Origin: Takakia lepidozioides
Lineage: Eukaryota > Plantae > Bryophyta
Length of the DNA: 64,000 bases
NCBI GenBank assembly: GCA_030704615.1
Contig: CM060731.1
Location: 52,142,001-52,206,000 of the forward strand
Direction: 5' to 3'
The notes under the pieces were generated by a model that did not search any database, was not told the origin of the DNA, and saw only the letters and a list, made by a program, of their open reading frames with translations. The stretch's first letter is position 1; each line of letters opens with the position of its first letter. This document shows, one piece after another, positions 9,951 through 21,100 of the stretch. The position numbers and the translations under genes were made by a program.

Positions 9951-12436
9951 CATAATTCAGTTTTTCTATGACCTGGCCTAGCGGTCCATGAGCCTGGGCT
10001 CCAAGTCATGAGCGTACACTGGTACTCATGAGCGGAGTGCTTCCAGCATGAGCGCGGAAATCTTCGATTTTTGATTATTTTATAGTTTTGGGCCTGAAAA
10101 AAATCTGCCGAAATTCGAAGTGTGTTACTTTGCGGCTCATGGGTGAGCCATGCCCGCTCATGAGCTCATGAGCTCACCGCTCATGAGCTCATGGAATAGC
10201 AACCCCCCTTCACAATGCGAGCACTCGGATCGGAGTATCAGAGGCTGGCTTGCAAAGAACTGGCAAGACTCACAATGAGTAAAGAAATCAACTTGCCACC
10301 TTAAGTGGGCTAGGAGGGATGATCTTGGGTGTAATGCTCCCAAGTAAATACCTGGGCAGGGACAACCCGGAAACACAAATCTGTCTGGGCACCAATAAAA
10401 GTTTTGAGTGGTGCCGTCTGGAAGAATTCGGGTATTCCAAACTCTCTCGTCAATCCAACGTTTCTTATGCATTTTTTTCTCCCCCAGATACCGGATATAT
10501 TCTTCGATCCTCTCCCGGGTAGATAAAGGTTTGTGGAAAAACCGATGTCAAATGCGCTTCACTTTTTCGTCAAAGGACATGCCAGCTTTTTAATTGTGCT
10601 TAACAATTCCACACTTGTTTACACGCTGTGTTAATCAAGGAATGATGGGATAAACATAATGTAGCCTAGCTAGTTTAATACAACAGGGCATAACCGCCTC
10701 TCGTTACTGCATCTCATCTAAAATGGAGACTCGGGACCTCTCACGCTAGAAGTTTCTGAAATCTCCACACTAATCACTCAGATCCGGACGACTACTGGAG
10801 GCGGGCTCATCCTCATCCTCCTCTGAGGAAGTGTACTCAGTAGGTCCACTCAGGGTGCTTTCTACTGAAGAAGCCGCATGTACCACACGATGTGGTAACC
10901 GAGGCAGATATGCCCGAGGAGTCCTCAGGCCAAAAGGAAAGGCTGCTGGCTGGGCTGGGTCCAACGGAATCAACCTACGAACTGTAGCAGGTGGTGCAAA
11001 GAAAGAACTCTCTGCTGGCCGGTCTCTAACTGTGTGCAACAATGACAATGAACCGGACGTAATCAACTCACGGATAAGGGACGCTGACGTGGTCCCTCGG
11101 TGATAATATCGGGGCGGCAGGAAGGGTCGACAAGACCTCCTCGGATGTGGGAGACTCTCACCCTCGATCCCGCTCTCTCCTAGTCCTACCCCAATCAGTC
11201 AATCCACAAAGGCAGAGCGATGGCCGCAAAGAGCACGTCCTATGCACTCTCTCAAAGGGGCCGATCGTCGAATCGTCCTGCTGCGCGTATACAAAGGGTG
11301 TTGGTGATGGTGTGGCACAGCACACAACAGGCCAAATAAGACACCTGCCAAACAAGATGGACCTCAAGGTCCGAGTCAAAATGAATATAAGCGAGGAAAG
11401 GTGGCTGGCAACAACCCGGCCAACGGGTCTTGAACCGAAAGAATGTGGAGATGGGAGTTGTCTGGGCTCCAAGGCCTCGGGGTCTCACCCGGGCAGAGAT
11501 CCAATACTCCCGATACTCCTCTGCAATGGTCAAGATGCGCCGTTGCATCAATCTGCAAATTACTGTGGCCTCTGGGCCAGACACGTCTCCAGTCCTGGTG
11601 CCGGAGATAATGCGATAGAGTCCAATCACGCGGTACTCAAAGGAATGCTCCCGGTGGGGAGCTCCAGACGATGCAGCCATACTGCAACTCAAGGAGAGCC
11701 ATGAGGTTAGCTCAAAGCACACTTAAGTGTGATAAATCTGCTTACATGTACAGAAAGTAGTCAATCAACCTCCTTGGGCGTGAGATACGAATAAAAGATG
11801 CACAACATCAAACAGAGTGCGATAGTAAGATCAAGGTAAAGAATACTGGTCAGTAAATCCTCATTCATTCTGACCATGGAGAAACCTGACTTTCACTTGT
11901 CTCCCGGCAGACGCACCAAAATATGACGAGCCCTGGTCGCGTGTGGCCAGGGTGACGGCATACTAGCCTAGGGGGTCGTGACAAGTTGCGGTGTAGGTTG
12001 GGCTCAGCGAACCGCCTACTCGGCTGCGGTAAGTGCAAGGTCCGTGGCAGCTATGGACAGATCTAGATAGTCTAACTTCCTACCGGCAAAACAAAGCTTA
12101 ACAACTCTACTTCACATGACGATTTGTGTTTCCTAGTCCTACATTTTGTTTATGGGTTTTCTACGTCTTTAATCGTAATTGCCTTCCAAGTCTTTGTGTT
12201 TATTACTACTTCCTACATGCCTGGACTCCCAACACGCTTATAGCCGGGACGAACCTTCAAATCCCTTCACAAAACGAAGATGGGGATCATCTATCTCCCG
12301 CCCAATGCCCCCCCCTAAATCCCGAGGTGGATGAGTGTCCTACCTCCAAGGGACCGGATCCGCTTTCCCAAGTCAGTCTCTCCTGCTTAGAGCGATCCCA
12401 AAATGCCACCTCAATGGTCAGTCCATCGGGTGAATG

Positions 12437-12519
12437 ATAACAATGCCAACCTCTAGGTAATTCCCGAGGTCTAATAACAATGCCAACCTCTAGGTAATCC
12501 CCGAGGTCTAATAACAATG
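12437..12519. repeat. 37-bp tandem repeat, about 2.2 copies
   Basis: ATAACAATGCCAACCTCTAGGTAAT(T/C)CCCGAGGTCTA at 12437 and 12474, with a partial third copy. Confidence 0.9.
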
Positions 12520-14699
12520 GCCGTTCCTTGGCCCGAGGGCCCCCCAACGGCCGGATATTTGACTTCAAATATCCTCGGCGGAAGGGGGCAATACCGCCCT
12601 TGAAACTTGCATTTCGAAGTTAAGGGGGTCCGGATAAAATCCCTTAATAAAGGCAAATTACCCTTGCTAAATAATAAAGACAAATCATTAAAATATTCCT
12701 ACAAATGCATGAAATTCGTAGAAATAGAGAATCATCGCATGATGCTGCTGGAGCTAACTAAATTACCCTCAAGGTACCAGGGGAACGCCCTTTTATGCCG
12801 GGAGCGTTGGGGAACCGCTCTCCACTCGTGAGCGCCCCTAAAGTCCTACACCAAACCACTCAAGAACTCATTAGCAACTAAAACCATTACCGGGCCAGGA
12901 TGAATGAAATCTGTTGCCCAGCAGTTTCTCATTTGCTCGCCACCTTGGTGTGTAAACAATGATTAAACATTCAGTGGGTCCCAGGGTCCATTCCCTGCGC
13001 CTTTTCCACCTACTTCCAATATAATCTGATTAATTTATGCAGGCAACCAGCCCAGAACGAAGTTAAAACATATCATCTTCTACCTTGTGAAACCCCAGTA
13101 GGGATTCTCTCCTCCCTGTCTCTGGGCTCTCTCTCTCTCTGCCTGTGGCATCTACCCGTGAGCCGTGCTTTCACAAACCCCGGAATACATATCAAACTGA
13201 TGGCCTTGCTGGGGCCTATCCAATGGTTCCAACCATTTTTTATTATTTGCTAAAACACGCCTTTATTCTCATGCAAGAAGAATACTATGAATAGTGCACA
13301 AGAAATCAAATGCATAGGGAGAGAACCCCCCCTTAAAATACCCGATCCAGGGACCATCAGTTCCTGGTGGGGTCCGTCGAATTATCCAGCGGTTAAGACT
13401 GATACCCCGTGGCCAACGGTATGTGGCGAGGCGTGGCTGGCCCGCCGCCGACGCGGGTCCAGCGGGTAATAGGAGGGTTCCGTCGTCTCTGCCGCTCGTG
13501 TCGTACCTGCGCTGGCCCAGCTATGGCGCCTGGTGCTGCCACGCAGTGCCCCAGTGAGCGTACTTTGCTCCAGGGGTCAACTCGTCCCATGAGGGCAAGC
13601 CGCGCCACCCGCGTTAGAGGCGCCAGTCCATGGCGATTCTAGGCAACCTCCTTGGTTGACTTCCAATCCAAAGGCGCCTGCACTTAAGTGCTGGGATCTG
13701 CCCTTTTTGGCAGCCCTCTACAAAATAGCTTAACCACTTATAAGTTAGTTAGCAACGCCTCCCATGGCCCTCTATGGCCAAGGGGCTTATGAATCATAGA
13801 TATGATCTTAATAATATGAAAATTTTGGCGAGAGCTTCGCCGTCTCATGCAATATGGCCGTCGCCGCTAAGCTAGAAAGAGAAATTTGACAAGAGCTTCG
13901 CCACTTCATGCAAGCTCACCCTCTCTTTAAACATAATAATGGAAATCTCCTCACTTCCATGACGTAATTGGTTAGATTCCTAAGGCCCTGTCTCCTGGGG
14001 CTTCACACCTGTGCTCTTCACACATGTACATAGAGATGCACACACATCCTCTTGAAAGAGGGTTAGTTTTTATAGATTTTTAGCAAACAATGCTTATAAG
14101 GTCCTTTCCTCGGACAAAGCTTGAACATCAAATGAAATGAATGAATTCAAAGGTCAAGAACGTATGGTAAGTCGCCCTCTGAAAGAAGTGGTGCTTGGGA
14201 TGCACTAAATCGCTCGGTAGAATGGTACTCAAGTTTGGTCCTCCTCCGGCACTCCTACTCGTCCGACTTACTAGTAAGATTAACAATAATTACTAATAAT
14301 TCGTACCTTTTGTAGCCTCTCCTAGGTGGATTTACTAATAAAATTGCTAATAACTATCAGTAATCTCTGCCTTTCTTTTGACATGCCATTTTTTTTTGGC
14401 CTTTCTTTCGACAGGTAGTTTTTTTTTCTTAGCCTTTTTTTTGGCCTTTCAAATGCCTTGTGATAGGCTCAAAAAACAACCTTGGTCCAACCCGGGTATC
14501 AATACTGATATCAACCCGGGTAGGTAAAGACCATATCCGGCTGGTAGGTAGGATGGCCAATACCCCGGGCAATACCATACTAAGGTCAATACATACCTCC
14601 CTCCATATTGTGGTATATAGACCATACCCGACTGGTATTGCGATGGACGAGATTGCTGTTGATACCAGTGTTGCTGGGATGTGAGCCTCCAAACGGCAC

Positions 14700-14802
14700 A
14701 ATAGTAATAATGATAGTGATAATGACAATAATATTGATGATAGTGATAGTGATAATGATAGTAATAATGATAGTAGTAGTAATACCAGTAGTAATTATGA
14801 TT
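14700..14802. repeat. Degenerate (ATA/GTA/ATG) trinucleotide microsatellite
   Basis: aatagtaataatgatagtgataatgac...; this produces the poly-Y/H and poly-I/V/M pseudo-ORFs. Confidence 0.85.
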
Positions 14803-15575
14803 GAGTGTGAATGTCAAATTTTTTTCAGGTTATTGGGTAGTCTCTTGAATGTATTGAATATTCTATATACCTACCCGGGCGATATTCATATTCCCCCATA
14901 TCAGATGGAAAAAAATTAAGATTGATACCCTACTACTGTACATCCACAAATTTACGTTATTCATACCCCTCCTATACCCTACCCAGCCCCCTTACCCAAT
15001 ACTAGGACCATACTAGTCTTGGGAAATACAGGCCCTTGTGATACCAAGACCAGTTTGGTGTCATATTTTTGTGATACCAGTCCAACACTGGTATTAACTA
15101 GGGAAGGTACATCAGGAGAAAACAATCCATGCATGGTCTCTCCTAGCCAATAAAGTATTTAATAGTGATACCGCCTGACAAGGTGGGGAGAATTTGACGG
15201 GGACTTGCCAGAGGAGCACACATTGCCTAAATTTGATGAAAATACTATTAGCTATGTTCTTCTTATTATTATTATTTTCAAGAGGGGATAGAAGCCTCAA
15301 ATTTTATTAATGACGGGAAAAAAACAAAGCCCAAGGGGCCATAAAGCAAGCACGCCAATATAGGCGAGGGCGAAATATTTATATTTTTCCATTGTTGCTA
15401 ATGTTTTTTTTTGTGCATCAAATATATTTCCAGTAAAAAGGATTTTTTTTTAAAATAATAATTTTAGTGAACAGGGGACTAGGCCCTGGAAGGAAGATTG
15501 TTCTCAGAAGTCGTCACTAAGTGTAGAGCAACGCGGAAGTAGCCCTTATAAAATAGTCCACGAAGAAGGAAAACC

Positions 15576-17257
15576 CAGTGTTGGACTAGTATCAAGTTTT
15601 TTACATACCAGTCTGGTCCTGGTACCAGGGCGTATCACAAAGTTTTCATACCAGTCTGGTCTATATAATGGTGGATGTATATTTGTCCAAATACTAGTAT
15701 GAGTATGAGTATCATGACCACAGTACCAGCTGGTATGAGGTATCAACTCTGGTATCATCCTTTATGTGTATTGTATATATTTTAACTTGATATTTGCTAT
15801 TTGATAAACTTGTAATTCAAGATGGCTTTAGAAGTAAATATACATAAATATAAATGTATAGGAAAATGTACACATAAATTAATATGGTACACATACCAGA
15901 GTAAATGAGGTAGATTGCTGGGGAGTTTTGGTATTGTGGCTGGTATGAAAAAACTGATACCAGCCTGGTCTGGTATATGACCAAGTATTCTCCAGTGTTG
16001 GGAGGGTATATTGATTTTTTCTACCCTCACGGTAAGGGTATACATGATTTTGGGGGTCAAACTTATCCTCAGGGTAAGGGTATAATCTATTTTTTGAAAA
16101 CATTTACCCTCCGGATAAGGGTATATATAAATTTTTGGTAAACACTTACCCTCAGGGTAAGGGTATTGGGTGCCACATATACCATGAGGGTAAGGGTAAT
16201 TGCAGGATAATGGTACCATTTTTATATCCTCAGGATATCCCAGGGTAATTATAAAGGGTAAATTAATTTTTTAAATTCAATTTGTGAATTTATTAAATAC
16301 TTAGAATAAAGTTTTTTTTTTTGATAAAAGGGACATAGGCCCTACAAAAACTTTATTGGAGTGGCAAGAACAGAGAGGAGGAAAAAATAACCTCATAAGG
16401 GACCGTAAAGGCGTATCACATGGGGAACACCCAGCACTAGTAGGGAGTTGGGGGGGAAAGCATGAGTTAAGTAAGAACCAAAACCTTGGTGGGGGGGATT
16501 GCTAGAGGGCCTAACCAAGACCAAGCATTTCAACTATATAACATCCCCGTTATATAGAATTTAACGGGATATGCCTTGTATTTATATTTTTGTTTATTTT
16601 TTATGTGGCTTACGAATAGCAAAATTTTAGCCCTCATTTATGCTCCTCTAATGGCCCTAAAATATAATAACAAAACAACACATTTGATCATAATGAGGTC
16701 GCTTTGCACCATAGATAAGAGAATGGGGGGTACCGAGGAAAGAGAGAGCGGCAGGGGGGGCCGCCACTAGCACACGTTTTTTCCAAGGAGAGAGTGGCAA
16801 GGACCGGTCTTGGAGCACACGCTGCGAAGAGGAAGACCAACGAAGGGGGAAAAAATAAAATAAAAAATTGTAGTGTGTGCCCTCTCTACTAGCAAATACC
16901 ACACCTAAACCTAAACCCCTAGTAATCAAATTATTATACCCTTCCCTATTACCCGGCCATTGAACAGATTTACCCTCATGGTAAGGGTATCCTTCGAAAT
17001 TTCAAACCCCAGGGTATAATCCATTAAGGGTATAACAAAAATAATTACCCCTGACAAGGGTAGGGTAAGGGTATTTGGAATTTCCAGGGTCCATATACCC
17101 TTATTGGGTTTAACCCTCAGGGTATAATGGAGGAAAAAGGGTATCCTCCCAACACTGGTATTCTCCCAAACGATACCAGACTAGGTCTGGTATCGAATAC
17201 CAGTGCATATACCAGTACTTTATACCAGTCCTTCACCTATATACCAGTCCAACACTG
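15576..17257. mobile_element. hAT-type non-autonomous element (outer MITE)
   Basis: TIRs CAGTGTTGGACT(A/G)GTAT at 15576 and ATACCAGTCCAACACTG ending at 17257. ATACCAG subterminal motifs. Imperfect TSD GGAAAACC / GAAAAAAC. A related right end terminates at 15090. Confidence 0.7.
15993..17157. mobile_element. hAT-type non-autonomous element nested in the outer MITE
   Basis: TIRs CAGTGTTGGGAGG(G/A)TA. Perfect 8-bp TSD GTATTCTC at 15985-15992 and 17158-17165. Many TACCCTCAGGGTAAGGGTA subterminal motifs. Confidence 0.85.
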
Positions 17258-18151
17258 GAAAAAACCCCACCAATTGGTAGCTGAGCTGGATAGAGCATTG
17301 AGTGCCATGTGATTCTGGGTTCAAACGTTCAAACATTGCTCCTTGTCATGGCGTGAAAGAGCTTAATAATAGAAATATATGACACCTCCTGAAGGAAGCC
17401 TAAATAGTGGTCTCTTGACCCGAAGGGCTAGTGCCTTCCAAGTAGGAAAGTGGACATCACCACCAATCGATGGATTGAACCCAGGGGGCTACAACATGGT
17501 TGTGGTAAGAGCTTATAATTAAGGGGCCTCAGTTGTGAGCGTCGCTCCCGGGTGTTTCCCTTTAAAAGAAAGAAAAAGCAAAACCCGCCCCCGAAAAAGG
17601 GAGCGGCGGGGCCCGAGGCGAGAGTGGAGAGCGGCAGGCCCGTGACCGTCTCATCGCTGCTCGTATTCCCTCCCTTTTCCTTCCCATTATTTGGCTCCGT
17701 CTGACTCTCTCAATGGGGGCATATCGGGGGTGTCGCATCGGGTTGACGTATTAGTCAATGTTGAGTGAGCTTTCTGGCAGAGGTGGTGCTGCTTTCCTTG
17801 ATCTGCTGATTGGATCTTGGTGGAGCGCTGTGGCGACTTTCCCTTCTGCGGGAGCTGGAGTAGAATCCGATCTTCTCTGTGCTGCGGCAGGAGCTGCAGG
17901 TGTAGGATGTAAAGTGGTAGGAGGGGGAGGAAGCGTATGCAACGGTTGCAATTTCGCGTGGAATTAGAGCTATATTGGAAAGCGATGGGATCCCGATGGT
18001 GGCTAGCAGAGTATTTTTTTGGAATGGGCGCGGAAGGCGCGTCCTGGTTTGTGTGAGAAGCAAATGCTGAAAGGTTGGCTTGTACGTCTTTGTCTGTTTC
18101 AGTGTACTCCAGCTCTTCGGACGAGAAGAGTTGGCTAGGGTTTACAGGCAG

Positions 18152-21100
18152 ATGGGGGCCTTTGAAAGAGGCCATAGATGGGGTGTGAGATTAGACCACG
18201 CCAATAATCCTGGACATGATGAATCGCACCTGGACGTTCGAACTATCTACTGCAATGATGCGCATGCAAATGTGCCATCAAAATTTAAGGTTCTTGTCAC
18301 CCGGCCCTTCGCCTGTTCAAAGCAGAGTCTTTTGTGTGCTGCAAATTCGTCGACCATTTGTATCTAGCAGTTGACTGTGCAAGAGCATTTCAGCGTGAAG
18401 CACTCTCATTTACTGCCTTATCTGCCTCTGCATCACGAATAGGGAACTTATGATCATCCCCATAGCAGTTCCTAACTGATGCTGCACAGGTCATCTTGAA
18501 GGTTGCATGTGGTACATCGGTGTAGTGTTGGCTTGTTTTTCTGCAATTGCTCTTCCCCAGCTTGGTCCTTCCATCCTTCTGGACGCCATTTCCCGGCAGT
18601 AGTTACTTGCAACCAGGAATGATGTGAATTTTAGAACCTCTTTATGCATTAAATCGCGTCACTTAGGAAGCTAGAGTCACTGGGAGCGGATTTTCAACCA
18701 GCAGAAATCATTATCATTCTTAAACTGGAAGTTGATGGCTCCTTGCACCATCTGATTCTGCTGAGGATTCAGTCTTGAACTAGCCCACCATCCACTCTTT
18801 CTTGCTGGAGGTTGGGAGTCTCTGGCAAGTTTGTTGTGTAGTTTGTGTTTCTTGGCTTGTCATTAGGTCAGCTTGGCTGGGATATTGACAATGATAGGTT
18901 TGCCACTATTCATTTCCACTCGAATTAGGCAGTGCATATGAACTTGCAGAGTTGAGTCAAGGATAACTCTGATGTGACCAATCTGGTACTGAGAGATGCA
19001 TGGTGTTACTGTGAGTTTAGTGCATCCGCATAAAATATTTGTTCCTTGGCACCTGGATGAAAATGTCCAGTAAGAATGCATAGTTGCAAGTTGTTGAAGG
19101 AGACACTGTATGTTTTACTTCTGTCACCGGTGTTGTTGTAGAAAACATTTAGATATTCTAACCTGAATGTGTTTCTGGGTGACGTTACAGGGCAACTCAA
19201 TATCTACCACCAAATACAACTTGCTCACCTTCTTCCCAAAAGGCTTGTTTGAGCAGGTGCATTCAGTCTGTCGAGACTACAGATGGTCTAGCAGAATTGA
19301 AATATGCTATGTACAAATTGTGTTTATCGTAAAGTTGCTGCTCTCTCTTTGCATGTTTATACTGTATGGATGGGGAGTGTGAGAAGTTATGATTGGAGGT
19401 GGATTTGCTTTGTTGGAAATGGTAGCTCTCTACAGCCGGTCAAATGTATCATTATTCGTGAGTGTCAAACAAATCTTCTTGGAGCAAGTCTTCGAAGATG
19501 CTGAGAAAACTTGGATTGGACCTTGTGCAGTTCCGGCGAGTTGCGAACCTTTATTTTCTCATGATAGCAATTTTGTCAGCTACTCCGGTCAGGTTGGAGT
19601 TCTCTTTCCTTCCACTTGTTCTCTTGGCTCCATTGAGCACTTAGGCCGTTTTCTGTGTCGATATGGCAAGTTGGTCCCAACTGGCAACTGAGAATGAGAA
19701 GTAAGTCATAAGTTTCACGCATCTTCAGGTCGCCCATACAATGGGCAATTGCAATCCCTCTTTCCTCTCTGCATTTCAAAGGTAGGCTGAGTTTAAATTT
19801 CAGTCTAGTGCCGAGGGTGGATAAACCCTTGAGGTCATCCATGATATCCTCTCCCATGTCACAGACTGGAAACAATTTCAGGGAAGTTTTCTGCTAAACT
19901 TCATTTTCATCAGACAATTTACTGGCCACAGACATGGCTTTGGACACTACAGCCTCTAAGTCAGATTTATCCAGCAGGGTAGACTTGCGGTCCTTAGATT
20001 CAGATCCTTGAGAATCTCTTCTACTCTCTTCCGCCAGGACTTACCCTGTTTGACAGGGCGATCCTGCTTCCAAGATATAGAGTTGATTAATATAGGATAT
20101 CTGATATTAGGCCTATGTTGCAGCTGACCCCACCATCTGACCTTGAATTCATCTTGTTGGGAGGAAGGGATGCCAAACTCAGCCCGAACAGCCACACTGG
20201 CTGTGATGGAGCATGCTGACATGCACTCCTTAAGCACCCCAACTTGAATGGATTCTAGACAGATATCAACCCATACTGCAGATGCGTACTCCAAGGCAGG
20301 CCTAATAACGCGGCAGAGCATGGTTCTTTGACTTCAGAGTTGATCCCTCTGCAGTGGAAAATTTAGTGCGTCCCAGCGCTTTGCGCTTGCCAGATTGAAC
20401 GACTTTTTGAATATGTGCATCCCTGTTACAGTTGGAGGAAAACTCAGCAGCAAGGTATGTGTAGGAAGGGAGGACCGGAATCTCTTGGCTTCCCCACTGC
20501 CACTTGAGATCACCTCCTCCCTCCCCTCGGTTGTTGAATGCCACCACTGCGCATTTGCTGACGTTAGCCTCTAGCCCCCAGAGTTCAAAGTATCTCTTCG
20601 CGCAATCCATCAACTCCTGGAGATTCGAAGGAGTCTCTCCCATGCCTGCGGAGTCATCTGCAAACATAAGGGCTGGTATGGTGGCATCACCCACCCTACC
20701 CAAATCCCTCACTTTCGCCATCCTTGAGGAGTTGTTTGATGAAAACATTGAAGAGAAGAGGGGAGAGGGTACATCCTTGAGCTACACCTTGTTTCTGTCA
20801 AAGAAGTTGATATCTGTCCGTTAACAGTGACACAGCTTTTGGTGTGAGCATTCAAGTTATGGACCACTCTCCACATCTTTCCCTTGATCCCAGAGGACCA
20901 GAGTCGGAGCCATAGACCATCTCTCCACACGTGTCATAAGCCTTTTTGACATCCAAGAAAAAGACAAAAGGGGGTTTCCCTTCTTTTTTCTTCCCTGGAT
21001 TATCTGGCTTAGAGTGACGATATGATCCACACAGCCCCTGTTTCTCCGAAAGCCAGCTTGGCCTTCGTGGAAACAACCTCTAGATTCCAGATCAACCTCG

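Larger units (their letters stand above)
2671..10208. mobile_element. About 7.5 kb TIR DNA transposon (Mutator-like, apparently non-autonomous or internally deleted) carrying a DNA-MTase-like gene, a SWIM-finger ORF and an orphan ORF
   Basis: Direct repeat CCTTCACAATG at 2661-2671 and 10207-10217 (TSD of 8-10 bp depending on the boundary). Imperfect TIRs of about 65 bp: GGAGGTTTACTATTTCATGAGC... on the left and reverse complement GGGGGGTTGCTATTCCATGAGC... on the right, both built of CATGAGC iterations. Removing the element rejoins a - strand ORF at 'HCEG'. No DDE transposase domain seen. Confidence 0.85.
1..11983. mobile_element. Probable LTR-retrotransposon-derived region (LTR or non-pol internal part) that hosts the 2671-10208 insertion
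   Basis: Ends in GGGGGTCGTGACA (11971-11983), a typical Gypsy/Tekay-like LTR terminus (reverse complement TGTCACGACCCCC). GC-rich CCACGG-type low-complexity stretch at 640-980. Several short non-conserved ORFs. No gag or pol motif seen, and the other end is not in the window. Confidence 0.35.

Noticed and set aside
12020-13700. Further TE fragments (LTR-like at 12.1-12.8 kb; possible LINE 3' end at 13.26-13.7 kb)
   Set aside because: No termini, TSD or protein motif could be established, so no call is made.
14449-14919. Poly-Y/H and poly-I/V/M ORFs
   Set aside because: They are microsatellite translations.
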